Part shown: piece after piece, positions 47,400-51,560 of the stretch
Position numbering within the stretch: the stretch's first letter is position 1
Layout: every line of letters starts with the position of its first letter
Source of the DNA: a virus
Direction: 5' to 3' (one strand)
IMG/VR virus record: IMGVR_UViG_3300012985_000003
DNA length: 54,437 bases
Made by a program: the position numbers and the translations under genes
The notes under the pieces: model-generated
Database searches by the model: none
The model's input: only the letters and a program-made list of their open reading frames with translations
What the model was told of the DNA's origin: nothing

Positions 47400-48196
47400 T
47401 CGAGAGCCTCCATCACGAGATCGAGGCTGTCCATGAACGGGATCTCCCGCCCGACCTCGACGAGCTTGGCGGTCTCGTCGTCCTCGATGTGGTCAGCGAT
47501 CGTGTTGTAGATCGTGCCGAGCGTCTGCTTCTCGACCTGGTCTCGATCGAGCAGGTAGAGCGCAGCCTCCCGGTAGCCCGTGAGCAGGTCGTCCTTGACG
47601 AGCGACATGTCCCACCCGTACTCGGCGTACTTGGCGTAGCGCCCCGCCTCCCGCAGCCCCTGGTACTGGCTGATGAAGCCGTTGCGCCAGTCGTCTCGCC
47701 GCAGCGGGAGCAGCGGCAAGGCGTCGTGGACACTCTGGCTCGGGAAGAAGTACGGGCGCATGTCTCGCCAGGCCTGGTCCTGGCAGTCGTAGCCGACGGC
47801 GAGCAGGCCGAAGTCGAAGGACTCGAGGACCTGACTCAGGCTGCTGACCGGGCGCTTGTTGACGACCTTGTAGACGAGGTTCGCCTCCAGGCCGTCGGGG
47901 CCGGTGAGCTTCAGGCTGTTGGTGTGCCAGCCGCTGAAGCCCTGCTTGAGCCAGCGCTGGTAGAGGCGCTGGTGACGATCGTGAACGACGAATCCCCCCT
48001 GAATCAGTCGCTCTGCAGCGCTGATGAGTGCGTACTCTGTCGCACAGAAGCCGTCCACGTCGTCGAACGCGTAGTCGAGGCGCTTGAGACCCGAACGCGC
48101 TGCGGCAGCGGAGCTCCCGGCGATGAACACCGGGAGCCCCGCCAGCGGAGCGGCGAACAGATCCACAGCCTCGAAGGCCGGGATCTGCACGCTCAC
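47396..48196 (-). CDS. Hypothetical protein, possibly a pol-beta-fold nucleotidyltransferase
   Basis: IAGSSAAAARSGLKRLDYAFDDVDGF resembles hG[GS]-x(n)-DxD, and a later FDFGLLAV could supply the third acidic residue. This is a weak by-eye call. Confidence 0.6.
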   Translation of the reverse strand: MSVQIPAFEAVDLFAAPLAGLPVFIAGSSAAAARSGLKRLDYAFDDVDGFCATEYALISAAERLIQGGFVVHDRHQRLYQRWLKQGFSGWHTNSLKLTGPDGLEANLVYKVVNKRPVSSLSQVLESFDFGLLAVGYDCQDQAWRDMRPYFFPSQSVHDALPLLPLRRDDWRNGFISQYQGLREAGRYAKYAEYGWDMSLVKDDLLTGYREAALYLLDRDQVEKQTLGTIYNTIADHIEDDETAKLVEVGREIPFMDSLDLVMEALE

Positions 48197-48528
48197 TCCT
48201 TCGAGTCGTTCTGGACGTCGAGCGTGCTGGCCTGCTCGCCACCCTCCAGGGCGGCGGCGTACTGCACGGCCTCGCTGGGCTCGACCGTGAGGGAGTCGAG
48301 CTCGGCCTGCAGCGTGTTGACGCGGGCCTGGCTCTTCTCGAGCTGGCGCTGGGCCGCCTCGAGCTCCTCACGGACGGTCTCGGCTCGCTTGGCGCGCCGG
48401 GCCTTGTCCTTCTCGATGGCCTCGAGGAGCGCCTGCTGCGCGCGCTCGACGGGGCTGAGACGAGTGGTGCTCGTCTGCGTGGGCTTCTCGGCCGTGGCCT
48501 TCGTCGCCTTCTTGCTGGCTTCCGCCAT
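48193..48528 (-). CDS. Hypothetical Lys/Ala/Thr-rich coiled-coil protein (111 aa)
   Basis: ATG after GAAGGAGAAG. The N-terminus is AEASKKATKATAEKPT. Confidence 0.7.
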   Translation of the reverse strand: MAEASKKATKATAEKPTQTSTTRLSPVERAQQALLEAIEKDKARRAKRAETVREELEAAQRQLEKSQARVNTLQAELDSLTVEPSEAVQYAAALEGGEQASTLDVQNDSKE

Positions 48529-48580
48529 GATCTTCTCCTTCGTGTCGCTAGTTTCCTGGAGTCGCGCCACGGGTGTGGCG

Positions 48581-48622
48581 CCTCGACCCCGGCCACTGCT
48601 AGCTCAGCAGCCGGGGTCGAGG
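48581..48622. repeat. Perfect 12-bp inverted repeat (cctcgaccccgg / ccggggtcgagg) with an 18-nt loop
   Basis: Read directly. It spans the stop codon of the 48604 ORF, and a second hairpin (gcgccac gggt gtggcgc) abuts it at 48564-48581. Confidence 0.7.
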
Positions 48623-48777
48623 GTCTGACGGGATAGCTCGAGCAGCGGGATGCGGTCGACCAGAGTCGACAGCACCCACTGCTCGAGCTCCCACAGGATC
48701 GGGTCGTCCCGGCACGAGGCGCAGCACCAGTCATCGAGGTCGATGGGCTCGAAGATGGTGCGCCAGCCGAGAGACAC
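48604..48777 (-). CDS. Small Cys-containing protein (57 aa)
   Basis: GTG overlaps the upstream TAG. GC3 is high. The sequence includes DDWCCASCRDD. Confidence 0.5.
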   Translation of the reverse strand: MSLGWRTIFEPIDLDDWCCASCRDDPILWELEQWVLSTLVDRIPLLELSRQTLDPGC

Positions 48778-48899
48778 TAGTCCTGGTCCTCGTCGATGAG
48801 GCCCATGAGTGCCACGGCGACGATGATCACGACGCCGGGGATGACCCCGACGAGGGTGCCGATGACGGCGAGGGCGATGAGGACGCTGGCGTCATCCAT
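48777..48899 (-). CDS. Small membrane protein (40 aa)
   Basis: ATG overlaps the upstream stop. The sequence is VLIALAVIGTLVGVIPGVVIIVAVALMGL. Confidence 0.55.
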   Translation of the reverse strand: MDDASVLIALAVIGTLVGVIPGVVIIVAVALMGLIDEDQD

Positions 48900-49137
48900 C
48901 GATCCACTCCTTCTCTCGGATCCAGTGCTCGAGACCGAGGCTCACGAGCATGCCGTTCCACTGCAGAGCGCCCCAGAAGAAGAACGTTACGCAGAGGAAC
49001 AGGATCAGCAGGCCGACGCCCACCGCGACGAGGTCGCCGTCGGAGAAGCCGCCGATGAGGACTACGCCTCCGATGATCATTCCGACGAGGAGCACGACCA
49101 TGCCGGCGCCCACGGCTGCGACCAAGAGCTCAGCCAT
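48892..49137 (-). CDS. Membrane protein (81 aa, about 3 TM)
   Basis: ATGGCTGA overlap with the upstream gene, with strongly hydrophobic sequence. Confidence 0.7.
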   Translation of the reverse strand: MAELLVAAVGAGMVVLLVGMIIGGVVLIGGFSDGDLVAVGVGLLILFLCVTFFFWGALQWNGMLVSLGLEHWIREKEWIDG

Positions 49138-49477
49138 TGGGACACCAGTCCTCGTGGTCGCCGTCGAGCGAGCCGCACGGGCAGAGCACCGCCGCGTCCC
49201 TGACGGGGCGCTGCAGCCGGACGTCGTCGCCGCGCTCCAGCAGGCGAACCGCACGCTGGCGGACCGTCGAGTAGTACGTGCGCTGCAGTCGCAGCGCCCG
49301 CTCCACGCCGGTCAGGGACTCGTTCAGGAGCACGTTGTCCTCCCACTCCTCCCACGGCAGGGAGTTGCGAGCGGCGCCGGCCTCGAGCGTGATGGCCTGC
49401 TTCTCGGCGCCGATCTCGCTCATGTGCCTCGAGAACTCGGCGCGATCCTCGGCGCTCATGGATCGGTAGTCGGTCAC
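49130..49477 (-). CDS. Hypothetical protein (115 aa), possibly DNA-binding
   Basis: GTGA-coupled start. The segment PWEEWEDNVLLNESLTGVERALRLQRTYYSTVRQRAVRL is helical. Confidence 0.65.
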   Translation of the reverse strand: MTDYRSMSAEDRAEFSRHMSEIGAEKQAITLEAGAARNSLPWEEWEDNVLLNESLTGVERALRLQRTYYSTVRQRAVRLLERGDDVRLQRPVRDAAVLCPCGSLDGDHEDWCPNG

Positions 49478-49574
49478 AGCGACACCGCCCACAGGACGGC
49501 GAAGGCCGTGAAGCCCGTCGCGAGGCAGCCCATCACGAGACCGAGCCAGAAGTGGCGGTTGCCGTGACGGATCA
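49473..49574 (-). CDS. Small membrane protein (33 aa)
   Basis: ATG after GGAGGAAGAG. The sequence is FWLGLVMGCLATGFTAFAVLWAV. Confidence 0.55.
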
Positions 49575-49595
49575 TCTCTTCCTCCGTGTAGCCGT

Positions 49596-49913
49596 TCACT
49601 CGAAGTCGTCCTCACTGACGATGTCGCCGAAGCGAGCGATGATGCCGGAGACGAGCTCGTTGCAGGCGGTGACGCCGAGCTGGTCGTTGATGATGTCGCC
49701 GAGCTTCGGCATGAACGTCGTGGATGCGGCCTCGAAGCCGCCGACGTAGACCGTGACCCGGTAGAGGTTGGAGCGGATCTGCTGAATCCAGATGCTGATC
49801 CGGTGCCCGTTGACTCGATGGAGCAACGGGAAGACGCCGTCCCGAGTGGGCTGGCTGGTGCGGATGTTGTGGTCGCGAAGCGCCTGACGAAGACGCGTGA
49901 GCTGAGTGGTCAT
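49596..49913 (-). CDS. Hypothetical protein (105 aa)
   Basis: ATG 49913 follows GGAGGA. The upstream part of the track ORF looks non-coding. Confidence 0.75.
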   Translation of the reverse strand: MTTQLTRLRQALRDHNIRTSQPTRDGVFPLLHRVNGHRISIWIQQIRSNLYRVTVYVGGFEAASTTFMPKLGDIINDQLGVTACNELVSGIIARFGDIVSEDDFE

Positions 49914-49938
49914 GAGTATCTGTCCTCCAGTAGAGATT

Positions 49939-50163
49939 CTACCGTCGACGCAGGGCGCGCCGACGAGATTCGATGAACCAGATGCGCTCCTGCTGAACGC
50001 GGATGGCAGCCCAGGTCTGCCGCAGTTCATCCCGAATGGATTGGGTCGCAGCACCGAAACGGTGATCCGACTCGATCTTCTTCAGTTCACGGTACTGCTT
50101 CTTCGCCAGAGCCGTGAACTCCTTCAATGCCTTCCTTGCCTCCCTCTCTTGTGTCTCTAACAC
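49939..50163 (-). CDS. Small basic coiled-coil protein (74 aa)
   Basis: GTG 50163 follows GAAGGGAAAGGA. This is the first ORF downstream of the repeat array. Confidence 0.55.
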   Translation of the reverse strand: MLETQEREARKALKEFTALAKKQYRELKKIESDHRFGAATQSIRDELRQTWAAIRVQQERIWFIESRRRALRRR

Positions 50164-50270
50164 AATTCCTTTCCCTTCTCTCTCCCAAAAATAGGTTCCC
50201 ACCTATGGAGGCTAGCCAGCCGAAGGCCCTCGCCAGGGCCCACGCAAGCCTGCTCAAGTGACGGAGAAGA

Positions 50271-50495
50271 CGTAACGAAAAACGTAACGAATCCCCAAAC
50301 GTAACGAGTCGTTACGCCTCTAACTCGTCGAGTTACGAGGCGTAACGAGTCACGTAACGGGCACGTAACGAGCAGCGTAACGAGTCGCCTTCCCATGCGA
50401 GACATGACGTAACGAGCGTAACGAGTTTTCCATCCCAAAAGTTGGGATGGGATGAGTAGAGAAAGTTTGAGGTGGCGACTCGTTACGTCGTTACG
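50271..50495. repeat. Iteron-like array: 12 copies of CGTAACGA (consensus aCGTAACGAGt) in both orientations
   Basis: Forward copies start at 50271, 50283, 50300, 50341, 50353 (variant ..GG), 50364, 50376, 50408 and 50417. Inverted copies start at 50309, 50480 and 50488. Spacing is mostly 11-12 bp. Confidence 0.85.
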
Positions 50496-50792
50496 CCACG
50501 GCAGAGCCGTGTCGGCGAGGGCAAAGAGGCGGCCACACGTGGCCGGCGTCTCGGACGAAACAAAGAACACACAGACCGTAGCTGAACGCTGCGGATAGAC
50601 AGGTCCTGGCGGACCTTGTGTAGATAACGATCATCAGCCTAGAAACAGTCATCCACGCACATCCCGCTAGTTGGATGCCGGTCGCTCAGTAGCCTGAGCG
50701 CAAGCGTCACGCGACTAGCGGTAGCTAGTGAGGTCTGTGGTTGAGTTTACCGACTATGTGCATGAGATGACAAAAAAGAGGCTGATGACGTT

Positions 50793-50822
50793 AGAAAAAC
50801 AGAGAGGTCCCGATTGGGACCT
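50793..50822 (-). terminator. Rho-independent terminator after the first leftward gene
   Basis: Stem aggtccc / gggacct with loop gatt, followed on the minus strand by ctctgttttt. Confidence 0.7.
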
Positions 50823-50846
50823 GACTGTTTAGGCAGTAGCGAGATG

Positions 50847-51107
50847 CTACTTGATACCCGCGAGGCGGTTGAGCTGACGCTCGTAGAACGCGATGAGTGT
50901 CGCGTTGGCAGTCCGAGATTCGGGTGTTGCCCGAAGCTCAGCCAGCTTGTTGCCGATGTTCTCGACCTTGACGAGCATGTCGTCCGTGACTTCCATGATC
51001 ATCTTGTCGAGGATGGCGTTCTGTGCCTCAGTGACCTTGGGGTCCTGAAGCATGCGGGTGACCTGGGCGTCGAGCAACGGCTGGAGATTGAGCTGAAATG
51101 CGGACAT
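50847..51107 (-). CDS. First leftward (early) gene, hypothetical 86-aa helical protein
   Basis: ATG 51107 follows AAAGGAA. The AT-rich 5' extension of the track ORF looks non-coding. Confidence 0.7.
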   Translation of the reverse strand: MSAFQLNLQPLLDAQVTRMLQDPKVTEAQNAILDKMIMEVTDDMLVKVENIGNKLAELRATPESRTANATLIAFYERQLNRLAGIK

Positions 51108-51124
51108 GGTGACGAAGTTCCTTT

Positions 51125-51290
51125 GGCTAGATTGACTTGATCCAAAAATTGATACTTGATTCACTTGATACTATCGATTCAATGATTTATATGACTGACC
51201 TATACCCATACATATACATGTATAGGGGGGTATAGATGTGTGTTATTTGTTTCTATTGTATTAATGGATCTCCACAGAAAAAGTTCCCGC
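51125..51290. promoter_or_regulatory. AT-rich divergent control region with repeats and a composite palindrome
   Basis: It shows a sharp GC drop. ACTTGAT occurs three times (51135, 51154, 51163). An imperfect palindrome spans 51200-51235 around ATACATGTAT. Confidence 0.5.
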
Positions 51291-51490
51291 TTTCCTGAGA
51301 ACCATCGGCACCTTCTCAACTCTCGTAACGGTTTTCCCCGGGGATTCCGCCCCGACTCCGGATCGTCACCCGTGTTTCCCGGGTAGAGGCCCGTGCCCGG
51401 CGGTCCCGGGCCGAGTTCCCCGGGAGCGAGGGTCGCCCTCGGCCGGGGATCGGGGCTCCCTCCGGCGGCGAGTGTGCCGAGGTGGGGCGC

Positions 51491-51518
51491 GCGAAACCCG
51501 CCAGGGACGGGCTATAAT
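51491..51518 (+). promoter_or_regulatory. Promoter-like motif GCGAAA-N16-TATAAT upstream of the giant gene
   Basis: An exact TATAAT lies 43 nt before ATG 51561. It has the same GCGAAACC box as the site at 27197 and is bracketed by an 8-bp inverted repeat. Confidence 0.45.
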
Positions 51519-51560
51519 CGAGGGAGTAGCCGGACCCGTCCCCCGGCGTTGGAGTGGTCG

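Noticed and set aside
50271-50495. Could the repeat array be a CRISPR array?
   Set aside because: The repeats are only 8-10 bp, occur in both orientations, and the spacers are 1-30 bp and irregular. There are no cas genes. This is not CRISPR architecture.
50157-50570. 137-aa minus-strand ORF running through the CGTAACGA array.
   Set aside because: Its sequence is just the repeat translated (recurrent VT/RYV/LVT). It has no RBS and no coding-like GC3. The region is better explained as a non-coding iteron array.
50571-50846. tRNA or other known RNA gene in the largest non-coding stretches (also 51300-51560).
   Set aside because: I could not find a cloverleaf (no GTTCGAATC-like T-arm, no 7-bp acceptor pairing). 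Only generic hairpins are present, and these are reported as a low-interest finding.
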